Source: Perkinsela sp. CCAP 1560/9 (lineage: Eukaryota; Protista; Euglenozoa: Kinetoplastea). From it: a DNA stretch of 64,000 bases. Positions 32,985 through 42,161 of the stretch are shown piece by piece. Position numbers and translations under genes: made by a program. Where the stretch lies: positions 620,001 through 684,000 of the forward strand of contig CBFFSA010000001.1 of NCBI GenBank assembly GCA_965644495.1. The letters are read 5' to 3'. Every line of letters begins with the position of its first letter. Position 1 is the first letter of the stretch. The notes below the pieces were generated by a model. It saw only the letters and a list, made by a program, of their open reading frames with translations, was not told where the DNA came from and ran no database searches.

Positions 32985-33326
32985 TATTATAGGAACTGTC
33001 CCTCGTTTGTACTGAAGCAGGGGAAGCGTTTCACCCCCTTCACCCCTTCCCGACTCACTCCCCTGGAGCAAGAGTGTTTCCACCTCTCAGCTTTTCTTCT
33101 ACAATGATTACCTTTCCGAGCAGGCCATGCTTCACGATGGCCTCTCTTGAGAACCACTCGACGTGTCCGTTGCTACTGGCATTCCCGGCTCTCTGCAGCG
33201 ACCTGGCGGTCACCCGACTCTGTCGCAGCTCTCTCCACCCGTTTACCACCAACAAGCCCAAACCCTCTCGTATTCAATCTCCTCGCAAACAAAAGTGCAT
33301 GGTGAAACCCTCCCCTCTTCACCCTT

Positions 33327-34877
33327 TCACCCCTCCCTCCCCCCTCCCCTCCCCAGCAACGCCCCCAGTGCCCCCAAATACCCATTATGCCGCGCGAAAC
33401 ACGCCCGTACCCCACTCCCCTCCCCCCAGTACGCCATCCCCTGACTCAGCCCCTGCCACACCACCACGTTGTTATGCACGAAACCCCCGGTGAAGTACAC
33501 ATTATCGATTTTCTCCAACCGACTGTGTAAATACGCCAGCTGCGTAATGTTCCCACACACCATCGTGAGCAGACTACGGACGTAGTCCGAGCGTGTGGGG
33601 GAGGAACCGGGGGAAGAGCCCGCTACCCCCTCCCCCATCTCCCCCCTCCACCTGCTCCCCACAGCAATCTTACCAAAGCTCGAGGCTAAGGTATGGGGTT
33701 TTAAATTCCCGGGAAGACTCCAGGGGGATTCATCATGGTTCCTCTTCTTATCCTCATGGTTCCTCTTCTTATCCTCATGGTTCCTATTCTTATCCCCATG
33801 ATTCCTCTTCTTATCCCCATAATTCCTCTTCTTATCCTCAGGGTTCTTCTTCCCATCCCCACGAGGCCGCTCCCCCCAGCCGTAGATATCCCCGACGGCC
33901 AGGTCCACCCTCGCGGGCTCCGCGGGGGCCCGGTCCCCGTCGTTCTGCAGGTCGAGCTGGTCCCAGGTGCGGGCCCCGGTGAGCAGCTGGCACAGCCCCC
34001 AGAACGTGCCGCCCCCGATCGCGGACCCGGAGAGGCGGGCGAAGTCCCCGTGGGCCGCGGAGGCGCATTTGAGAATGGAGACCCCGGAGCCGATGTGGAT
34101 GAGGAGGTAGGGCCAGGGGGAGGACGGGGAGGATGAAGAGTACGCTCTACCCGAAGAAGAAGAGTACGCTCTACCCGAAGAAGAAGAAGAAGAAGAGTAT
34201 GCTCTACTCGAAGGAGAGTACGCTCTACTCGAAGAAGAAGAGTACTCCCTACTCGAGGAAGAAGAGGAAGAAGAGGAAGCGTTCAAACTTTGAAGGGAAA
34301 AGGTTTTGGAGAAGGGGTTTGAATCCACAGGGGACGCCGAGGGGGAAGCCGGGGGGGAATCTTTAGGGGGGTGATGGGATGTACGCTGTGTTGGGGGGGG
34401 TACGGTGTAGTGAAAGATCTCCCCGGGAAAGGTTTTGAGTAAAAAATTAAGACCGCGGAGGATCGAGTGCATTTCGGGGTGGAGCTGGAGTGTGATGGAG
34501 AGGGTGTTGTGGATGAGGGGGGCGTATTTGTAGGCCCCGCCTCCCGTGCCGGGGATGTGGGAGACGTCGTGGAATTTTTCTTGTACATTGGAGTTCTTGA
34601 TAAAGGAGATAAACGCGGGCACTTTTTCTACAGGAAATTTAATAAACCGCAGATAGCCCGTAAAATTTTCGCGTGTGGTAGGAAAGTTCACCAGTTCGGC
34701 CGGCACAAAGAAATGAAGTTTCCGCCCAAGTTCAAAGCCAACAGTGGAGACATTTTCGGTGGTGCAGTACTCAGGTAGTTTCGGTGCGTTGGGTGGCTGA
34801 AAGAATACCATCTTACAACATGAACCACCGATATCGACAGCGCACGGAGCGCAAAACTTTTCGGAAGAAGTCTCCAC
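33327..34877 (-). CDS. PANK: Type II (fumble) pantothenate kinase
   Basis: VDIGGS, TGGGAYKY, PYLLIHIGSGVSILK, GGGTFWGL, LASSFGK, RHNGYLGALGA; start codon is GTG (see findings). Confidence 0.92.
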   Translation of the reverse strand: METSSEKFCAPCAVDIGGSCCKMVFFQPPNAPKLPEYCTTENVSTVGFELGRKLHFFVPAELVNFPTTRENFTGYLRFIKFPVEKVPAFISFIKNSNVQEKFHDVSHIPGTGGGAYKYAPLIHNTLSITLQLHPEMHSILRGLNFLLKTFPGEIFHYTVPPPTQRTSHHPPKDSPPASPSASPVDSNPFSKTFSLQSLNASSSSSSSSSREYSSSSSRAYSPSSRAYSSSSSSSGRAYSSSSGRAYSSSSPSSPWPYLLIHIGSGVSILKCASAAHGDFARLSGSAIGGGTFWGLCQLLTGARTWDQLDLQNDGDRAPAEPARVDLAVGDIYGWGERPRGDGKKNPEDKKRNYGDKKRNHGDKNRNHEDKKRNHEDKKRNHDESPWSLPGNLKPHTLASSFGKIAVGSRWRGEMGEGVAGSSPGSSPTRSDYVRSLLTMVCGNITQLAYLHSRLEKIDNVYFTGGFVHNNVVVWQGLSQGMAYWGEGSGVRACFARHNGYLGALGALLGRGGGREG

Positions 34878-35243
34878 TGAATCAGGTCGCGGAGCACTAC
34901 CCCTCTACAAGATTCTCAACGCACTACGGCGATAATGATATAGAAAACAAACGTAAAATTAACTACTCGAATGGTTTGCGTTCGCTGTTTTTTTAAAGGA
35001 AAAGGAAAACTTGTCTATGCAATAAAAGGATCTGTACCTCCTCCACACGTTACGTACGTATATGTACCCTTGTAGAACCCTTTTATGTTCATTAGCAAAC
35101 AGGGTAGAACAGTTCAGCACTACTGTTGCAGTGCTACTGTAACATACAAGTAAAAAACACGGCATACTATTCTTTGCCATGGCAAGTTCTGTACGTTAGA
35201 ATTATGGTTCTGTTAGGAGGTTCATTAAGATTTATCTCAGTGT

Positions 35244-36383
35244 TTACATTAGGATTTGTGGTTCTGACACAGATTGCGCCACACATTTATGCGGGAGAAT
35301 AACACAACCATTCAGGTAAAGCTCATCTTTCACTGTAACATCCGCAGCAAAGACACACCCAGAAACCAGTCGGCACCATCGTCCTACGTTGTTCTCCCAG
35401 CCAATAATGCTGGAAGACACGTAAGAACAATCACCAATGTGAGCGTTTCGGAAAATTGCAGACGACTCAATACGAACCCCTTTTCCAATGTTACATCCGG
35501 CCGCAATGGTAACATAGGGACCTATCACACTGTCCTCACCAATAGATACCGACGAGTCAATGAAACAAGGCGGAATAATTGTGTAGGGGTCCTTCTGCGA
35601 GCTGCGTACTCTGGAAAGAGGCTCACAGTGCTCCGTGATATGCCCCACGTTTTGAGTCTCATTTTGAACGTAGTCCAGGTACATTTTCATACCACACAAA
35701 TAGTCCGTTGGCTTCCCAATATCCATCCAAAACCCAGCCAATGGAAATGAATACAACCTTCCTTCGCGTGCTATCTCAGGAAACGTTTCTCTCTCTATGG
35801 ATGTATTTTTAATGGGAATGCGATCTACAACCCCTCCTTGAAGCAAGTATATGCCCGCATTGATTTCATTACCCACGAACTCTGTTGGCTTTTCTACAAA
35901 CCGCTTAACTTTACCCGACCCCGGTTCATTGACCACAACTCCGTATTGATTCCAGTTCTCAACCCGCTTCACTAGAATCGTCGCCTCAGCTTTGCGGTTA
36001 TAGTGGAAGCTTAGCATTTCTCTTAGTGGAAATTTGCATATCACGTCACTGTTCAGAACAAAAATGGGCTCCTTGCCGTCAGTACAAAGAAACCCATGAA
36101 ACTTTGCTAGCGCCAATGGACCTGCCGTACCCATAGGATACTTTTCTACAGAAAAAATAATTTGCACATTCAGTCGCTCAGACCAGACACCAATCGTCTT
36201 CTCAATTTCATCGGATTGGTAGGATAAAGCAAGAATGATCACGGTGACTCCTGCATCACGTAATGCAATCATTTGGTGAACCAGAATTGGAAGATTGCAA
36301 AAAGGTACGAGCGGCTTAGCCAGAGTTAATGTCAAGGGACGTAGTCGAGTGCCGTACCCTCCAACCAGTATTAATGCTTTCAT
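35244..36383 (-). CDS. GMPPB: Mannose-1-phosphate guanylyltransferase (GDP-mannose pyrophosphorylase)
   Basis: MKALILVGGYGTRLRPLT, LNSDVIC, FVEKP, FWMDIGKP, hexapeptide-repeat C-terminus. Confidence 0.96.
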   Translation of the reverse strand: MKALILVGGYGTRLRPLTLTLAKPLVPFCNLPILVHQMIALRDAGVTVIILALSYQSDEIEKTIGVWSERLNVQIIFSVEKYPMGTAGPLALAKFHGFLCTDGKEPIFVLNSDVICKFPLREMLSFHYNRKAEATILVKRVENWNQYGVVVNEPGSGKVKRFVEKPTEFVGNEINAGIYLLQGGVVDRIPIKNTSIERETFPEIAREGRLYSFPLAGFWMDIGKPTDYLCGMKMYLDYVQNETQNVGHITEHCEPLSRVRSSQKDPYTIIPPCFIDSSVSIGEDSVIGPYVTIAAGCNIGKGVRIESSAIFRNAHIGDCSYVSSSIIGWENNVGRWCRLVSGCVFAADVTVKDELYLNGCVILPHKCVAQSVSEPQILM

Positions 36384-36635
36384 CCAAAAAAGAACTAGAC
36401 AAACAACTTTAAAACTAAAAGCAAGAAAAGTAGTACCGTGCATAACACGCCTTACTTCGGTAACTACGTTTGCGTTGTCTATTATCGCGGTGGTTGTACC
36501 CCTCTAGCTTCGAGTCGAGGGCTTTGATTATTGAAAGAAAGTAGCGAACATAATGAAAAGCAAAAGAGTAACACGCTACAACTCCCAAAAATAAAACGAA
36601 AATAGATTTTGACTGATCTTTTCCCTTTTTTGCCC

Positions 36636-37090
36636 TTTCTGCGCATAAGAGAGCGTCCAGATTTCGTCAACACTCTCACCAGGCATGGATATTGGGAGCG
36701 CGACTTGAATGGAGGAGCACAACATAGCGGCTATTTGCTCAGTTCAGTGGAGGAAAAAAAAGCCGCTGTGTAATTCTTCGGAAGTTGGGGGACAAGAAAT
36801 TGGCAATTGTAGTCGAGGAGGTCACTTGTGCTCTGCAACGGTTCCAAGCTTTCAGCATCACGTACGACAATGGAACCGAGTTCGCGAAACACGAGCTAGT
36901 GAAGACAGCCCCTTCGTTGGGCTGTCAATCATTCTTTTGCAAGCCCTACGCAAATTGGGAGAAAGGCGGCGTTGAACATTTCAATGGTCTTGTCCGTGAT
37001 TTCTACTTTAAGCGAACAGTTTTCACCCACATCACGCGAACTGCGCTTGATGCGACATCTTCAGCCATCAACGAACGATCTGGAAAGCAG
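36636..37090 (+). pseudogene. IS30-family transposase relic
   Basis: IRERPDFV..GYWERD.., frameshift in an A-run at ~36755, then KSRCVILRKL..SITYDNGTEF..FFCKPYANWEKGGVEHFNGLVR. Confidence 0.8.
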
Positions 37091-37409
37091 TTCGCCCGTG
37101 GAATTGATCGCAATCATCAAGGCTCTCGCCCCCTCGATGTTTCGTCCTTCTATTCTGATGGACAGCTCTCAGGATTCGCATTAGATTTTTAGAGAAAAAG
37201 TGGTACCTCAAAACGGGCCGCAACAAATACAGAAGAGAAGCGGAGTGGGCACAACGGATGTGCTCAATCACGAGCGGTGGAAGATTATTCGAAGAGCAAC
37301 AAGCAAGGATATAACCAGCTGAAACAGCATTTGTAGAATACCAAGGTGAAAAGGGAATATTTTTGTACCAACTCTTCCGACTGACTGAACACGATTTTTC
37401 AGTTTGAAA

Positions 37410-37830
37410 ACCGAAAACCCATTCTCGCTTGATTATGAATGCAAAAGATGTCAGTGTGCTTGCACGGAGACCTCCAGATATTGCATTACCCACGAAGGAA
37501 CAAATTCATAGGGAAATACTAGGTCTAGCGTGCTACATCACGGCAGATCTCAGGCACCGGTTTTACCAGTTGCCCATCTTTGATGCTTTTTCTAGAACTA
37601 TGAATCTGTGGTTGGAGAATTCAGCCTAGGTACCAACCGTTTTGCCGATGGGACATTCTTGGTCTGCTTCAATTGCACACCGCATGTGTTGGAGTGTCGT
37701 TTATTTAAAACGGGATGTAGACAGGTTAAGCCTAGGGGAAAAAACGAACGCAACCGGATGATCCCAATATAATGCATTTGAAGGATACCAATGGAAGAAT
37801 CACAGGTCTCATTATAGTATACTACGACAA
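37410..37830 (+). pseudogene. Degenerate reverse transcriptase of DIRS/TATE/VIPER-like type
   Basis: RLIMNA, ADLRHRFYQLP, VLPMGHSWS and IVYYDN occur in RT motif order, interrupted by stops and shifts. Confidence 0.6.
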
Positions 37831-37832
37831 TA

Positions 37833-37968
37833 CACTAGCAATCAGCTATAAGTCCCCCCCTCGAAATTTGAAAAACTGTTCTGTTTTTTATCATCTTTTT
37901 TTTGAACGTGTAGAGAATTTTACATAGGTGCGTTTCCGGCTGTTTAAACTGGTTTTTCTCGACTCATT
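37833..37968 (+). mobile_element. Truncated copy of the 6728..7477 element
   Basis: TA-CACTAGCAATCAGCTATAAGTCCCCCCC and the following ~110 bp match 6728 onward; sits at the YYDN motif of the RT relic. Confidence 0.85.
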
Positions 37969-38126
37969 GGACACTGTGCAAGTTTACCCTCTGTGGATGG
38001 CACAGGATGGCACGAAATGGCACAGGATGGCACGGCGAGTCTAGTTTTAGGAATCTTCATCCTCCTAAGTAGATCTTTAGAAAACAAAATATAGAATGTA
38101 ACATGAAGCTATTGCATTGGTGTTTG

Positions 38127-38178
38127 TCTTGCCACTCCGCCACCTCCGCTCTAGAGCGGAGGTGGCGGAGTGGCAAGA
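38127..38178. repeat. Perfect 52-bp palindrome
   Basis: TCTTGCCACTCCGCCACCTCCGCTCT|AGAGCGGAGGTGGCGGAGTGGCAAGA, no spacer. Confidence 0.95.
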
Positions 38179-38646
38179 ATTCAAAGTTTGAAGCACATGG
38201 TGCTCAGACGGCGAGTTCAAACCCGCTCATCGCAATATTCCCGGCGGCCTCACTCTAAGAGGCTGGGCTGATAACCGACTAGGCCCAGTACTCGGAGGAC
38301 CGTCCCGGACCCTCCCCTCGGGGAACCAGCTCCCTTACCCGGCTTACACCTCTTGGGTAAGCCGTGTTGACGTACAGTTCGTCGACGCAGTGTGTTGGTA
38401 ACAGCACGTTGGTGCCGCCTTGGACAAGCGGAAACTGGTAGAGCGGCCTCGGAACTTCCAAATCTGTCTGTGAAGGGTCTGGCTTGCCAGTGACCATCCG
38501 GAGCAATCCGGAATGATTTGGATTTTTTTTATTGGTGTTTGTAAATTGTTTCTACTGAGTATGAATGGCTTCTTCGTTTATAAGCGCGTTTTAAACTGAG
38601 ATTTTAAAAATGAGGGTAGTAGGTTTCATTTCTTCAAAACATTGAC

Positions 38647-39438
38647 ATGGCTGAAAGCGTTCGGGCTGGAGGTGACGTTATCCCTGCTCTGTTCTGCGTT
38701 CAATGTGAAAAGGTTACACCGTTCACGCTATGTTCTCCACGACGGTGCTTGTATTGCGAAACACCGATTCAGAGTAACACTGAATCAAGTGTGGAAGTAG
38801 AGCAATGTGCCAACTGCGATTATGCAAACGTGCCGATTCTGGCCAAAATATGTCCTCGCTGCTCCTCGTCGAAAGACCTCGAGCAAATGTCACGATCACA
38901 GAAAGAAAAACTTGTTTCCTGTGGGACGGATCCAGCCAAAGCGCAATACGTATGTTGCTTGTACGTTAAGCACACTTTCCTAGGGAGGCGTCTTGTCGCC
39001 AAAGACATTGTGCAAATTCTTGTTCAAATAAATGCCTGCTCTCGAAACGACGAGTACGAAAAATTTATGCGCTCCGCACGTCTTCTTTCAACTCAATACT
39101 TCAAGGTGGCATTACATCCCAAAGACGTACGCCCCACTGGTATACTTCTGCGGAACATGTGGGCCTCCTACACGCGCTCAAGTATTGATCAACGTAAGGA
39201 CGAGCGCGACAGACTCTATAAGGTCTTGACAGAGAAGGTTCATTTTGCCAACCCGCATGCAAGCACCCGCAAACGCTCCCTCGGAAAGCTGAGCTCCATT
39301 GACTACGACGTCGATGATCTGAATCCAGAAGAGACCTGGGAAAAACTTGTGGAACTCGGAGTAGCTTCGATCAAGGCAAATTTTGTTGTTCAGGTAAAGC
39401 GGTCTCGAGAACCGAACCTCGTTGAAATCATTGAATGA
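38647..39438 (+). CDS. Zinc-ribbon protein, probable accessory ORF of the adjacent transposon
   Basis: Four CxxC pairs (CVQC, CLYC, CANC, CPRC); opposite strand to host genes and directly upstream of the transposase. Confidence 0.55.
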   Translation: MAESVRAGGDVIPALFCVQCEKVTPFTLCSPRRCLYCETPIQSNTESSVEVEQCANCDYANVPILAKICPRCSSSKDLEQMSRSQKEKLVSCGTDPAKAQYVCCLYVKHTFLGRRLVAKDIVQILVQINACSRNDEYEKFMRSARLLSTQYFKVALHPKDVRPTGILLRNMWASYTRSSIDQRKDERDRLYKVLTEKVHFANPHASTRKRSLGKLSSIDYDVDDLNPEETWEKLVELGVASIKANFVVQVKRSREPNLVEIIE

Positions 39439-39652
39439 GAAGTGTTTAGTATGCAGGCCAAAGTGGCTCATGTAAAGTAAAAGTTCAAGTAAAAGTATTT
39501 CGTGCAAGTCAAAGTTAATTGTATTACTCTATTTCTCATACGCAACAAATATACATGTATGATATTAAACTATTAAAGATCAACTACTAACGTTGCAACA
39601 TTGCTACTTAATGGTATTTAGCAATTTTATCAAATACGACTAGTACGTCTTA

Positions 39653-40793
39653 ATGTCATCTAACCTTGGGGAGTTGACTGACTGTGGGCTCACACTTGCT
39701 TCGTTTCACCATTTAATTTATCAATGCGGTTTCGATCGCGATGTAGTAGACGCCTCGTTTACGTGGTTCTACAACGGTGCTAGATGGTCTTCTGCCGCCA
39801 AGTTTATGTCAAAAAGGGGTTGGTCGATCCGATCCTGTAAGGATACAATTCCCAATTTTTTTTATGAACTTTACACAAAGCTGAGTGAGAAATGGCTTCT
39901 GAACCCCAGCGACGAGATGTTAAACCATCCGAACAATACAACCTTTGGTTTCTGGCCGCCGGATGTAAAGGTGTTGATAGACACTGTTCCCATCTACATG
40001 TATGTGGATGCAAGACCTGGGTGTTATAACCCAAAGTACCGAGGAACACGTACTCAAAGCTATGGTAGGGCGCACGTTGACAGGGTACGTTTGTTTTTTT
40101 GGGGATGGCTTGTATTGTGGCGCTTCATCTGATTCTGTCATTCAGGATTGTGGTGTACTTCGCTTTGTTTCTTCTCGCGGAATTAGAGCTTTGGCAGATG
40201 GAGGATTTTACGAATGTCAAAGAATCATAACTCCACACGCCAAAACGCATATATGGCCTTCTTTGCAGGCGAACAAGCCTATTTCTGATTACGTTCGCGA
40301 AGCAGATGTAAAACTTGCGTACAATGAGTCCTTATCTCATTTTCGCGCTCGTGTCGAGAATATTTTCAGCCGCTCTTGCACAGGCAGGTGGTTAGCATTC
40401 CGAAATTGGACTAAATTTTCAGATTCTCTTTTGTACTATAGTTTTGCATATCGTTTGATAATTCATAATCTGGAGGTGTATTTACGTCAAGAGTGGGGAG
40501 GTAAATATTCTCCTTTTACACCGGAACGAGTCCGAATTCTAGAATGTAAAGTAAAGGAGCATAAAGCACAATCTTCCCGCTACTCTAATCCTCTCATGCA
40601 AAAAAAGCGAGGTCGTAGTGATGAAGAATTGAAACAAACTAACTTAGACCGTTTCATTGTTTATGATAAGAATTGTGCGGAAATAACGGCTTCTTCTGAT
40701 TCTCTTCAACAGACAATCCTCGAGTCAGATCCAATATATGAACTCCCATTATTGAACTTCCCATTACCCCTCCCCGGCTCACTCTTTAAGTGA
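39653..40793 (+). mobile_element. PIF/Harbinger (ISL2EU-like) DDE transposase with one frameshift
   Basis: LIDTVPI..YNPKYRG / HVLK..GASSD..LADGGF..YNESLSHFRARVENIF; one extra base at ~40045 joins ORFs 39653..40132 and 40002..40793. Confidence 0.8.
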
Positions 40794-41251
40794 GCTTTTT
40801 TCCCTTGAGACTTCCCCTTGAGTACCGCTGTGCGTGACTCTGCCTCGTGTTATCGTTCCAAATGCCCCTTGGTGCGACATCCGTTGTGGGCGGATCATGT
40901 GCCGATGATATCGACCGTCGCATTAAGGGGAATATCTCTGCGCCAATGAGCGTATGATAAACAAGGTCCACCCGTGAGGGTGTTCATGCATATATTGGAT
41001 TTGCACAAATTTTCCACGATTGCTGGCCTGATTATAGGTGTCGTTGAGATCTTTGTAGGAGGCATTGACCGGGATTGCGGATGACCGAGAAGATTAGTTG
41101 ATATATTGTGTGATGTGTTAGGATGGGTGCAGATTTAAATTGCGGTGCCGCAGATTTTCAGACGTTAATGAACATGCCATCCTGCCTATTTATCGGTGGA
41201 GTCCGATTTTGCGAGTCAGACTGCCTGGTGACAGAGTTATTGTAACGCAAA

Positions 41252-41356
41252 TAAGCCCCAGTTCCCTTCTCGGGAACCGGGGCCTTCAAGCGAACTTAGA
41301 GTTCGAAGCTTCTCATACCAACAAGGTACAGAAACTGTATCTTTATCGTTAAAGTT
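41252..41356 (-). ncRNA. Spliced leader RNA gene, copy 1
   Basis: AACTTTAACGATAAAGATACAGTTTCTGTACCTTGTTG|GTATGAGAAGCT carries the kinetoplastid SL core CAGTTTCTGTAC and donor TTG/GTATG; exon 41356..41319; two downstream hairpins; 3' end estimated. Confidence 0.95.
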
Positions 41357-41449
41357 AACAAGGGCTTTACCAACCACCAGAGCTCATTGTTCGCTTTTGT
41401 CAAACTGATGAACTTGTTGTTCCACGAGTCTTAGCCCAAAATGCAACCT

Positions 41450-41530
41450 GGAAACTTGTCTAGTGGCAGGGCGTGCTTTTCTGAGACTGACGAACCAAAC
41501 TCCTGGTTCGATTCCCGCCCCGTCAATTTT
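41450..41530 (+). promoter_or_regulatory. tRNA-like Pol III A-box/B-box module, divergent from SL copy 1
   Basis: A box TTGTCTAGTGG 41456..41466, B box GGTTCGATTCC 41505..41515, T4 at ~41527; no cloverleaf pairing. Confidence 0.7.
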
Positions 41531-41548
41531 CGCTTATTGTAACGCAAA

Positions 41549-41653
41549 TAAGCCCCAGTTCCCTTCTCGGGAACCGGGGCCTTCAAGCGAACTTAGAGTT
41601 CGAAGCTTCTCATACCAACAAGGTACAGAAACTGTATCTTTATCGTTAAAGTT
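41549..41653 (-). ncRNA. Spliced leader RNA gene, copy 2
   Basis: Identical to copy 1; exon 41653..41616. Confidence 0.95.
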
Positions 41654-41746
41654 AACAAGGGCTTTACCAACCACCAGAGCTCATTGTTCGCTTTTGTCAA
41701 ACTGATGAACTTGTTGTTCCACGAGTCTTAGCCCAAAATGCAACCT

Positions 41747-41827
41747 GGAAACTTGTCTAGTGGCAGGGCGTGCTTTTCTGAGACTGACGAACCAAACTCC
41801 TGGTTCGATTCCCGCCCCGTCAATTTT
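41747..41827 (+). promoter_or_regulatory. tRNA-like Pol III A-box/B-box module, divergent from SL copy 2
   Basis: A box 41753..41763, B box 41802..41812. Confidence 0.7.
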
Positions 41828-41830
41828 CGC

Positions 41831-41910
41831 AACACGTGGCAAACTGTAGCCATGTGCTGAATGTCAAAACACTTGCACGGAGGTTCGATCCTCAGCCCGT
41901 GTGACCTTTT
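41831..41910 (+). other. Second type of tRNA-like element
   Basis: D-like arm TGGC..GCCA, arm GTGC..GCAC with oversized loop, T-like arm GAGG-TTCGAT-CCTC, then T4; acceptor stem poor. Confidence 0.5.
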
Positions 41911-42042
41911 CGAATGATAAAAACCCCGGAAGCCACTGCGCTAGCGTAAACATGGTGAGTAGCGCCTCTGTGGGACACTCAGGATGAGGCAGATTGTCGT
42001 GGAAAATATTTCTTTCATAGTGGGGATTTCACAAGTCACGCC

Positions 42043-42161
42043 GGGTACGACCATACTACGGTGAAAACACCACATCCCGTTCGCTTTGTGAAGTTAAGCA
42101 CCGTCAGGCTCAGTTAGTACTGAGGTGAGCGATCGCTCGGGAACCCTGAGTGTTGTACTCT
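42043..42161 (+). rRNA. 5S rRNA
   Basis: GGGTACGACCATAC...TTTGTGAAGTTAAGC...GTTAGTAC...GTGTTGTACTCT, 119 nt, trypanosome-like ends, T5 run at the 3' end. Confidence 0.97.

Larger units (their letters stand above)
41237..41830. repeat. Two identical 297-bp tandem units (SL RNA gene plus tRNA-like module)
   Basis: 41237..41533 matches 41534..41830. Confidence 0.95.

Noticed and set aside
32215-40050. Programmed frameshifting in the transposases (~32219, ~36755, ~40045)
   Set aside because: The Tc1 also has a premature stop and the IS30 copy is a fragment; decay or sequencing indels are simpler explanations
41450-41530. Functional tRNA gene
   Set aside because: A and B boxes are present but acceptor and T stems do not pair and there is no anticodon arm
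41463-41705. ORFs across the 297-bp repeat
   Set aside because: They overlap SL RNA genes and have no protein features
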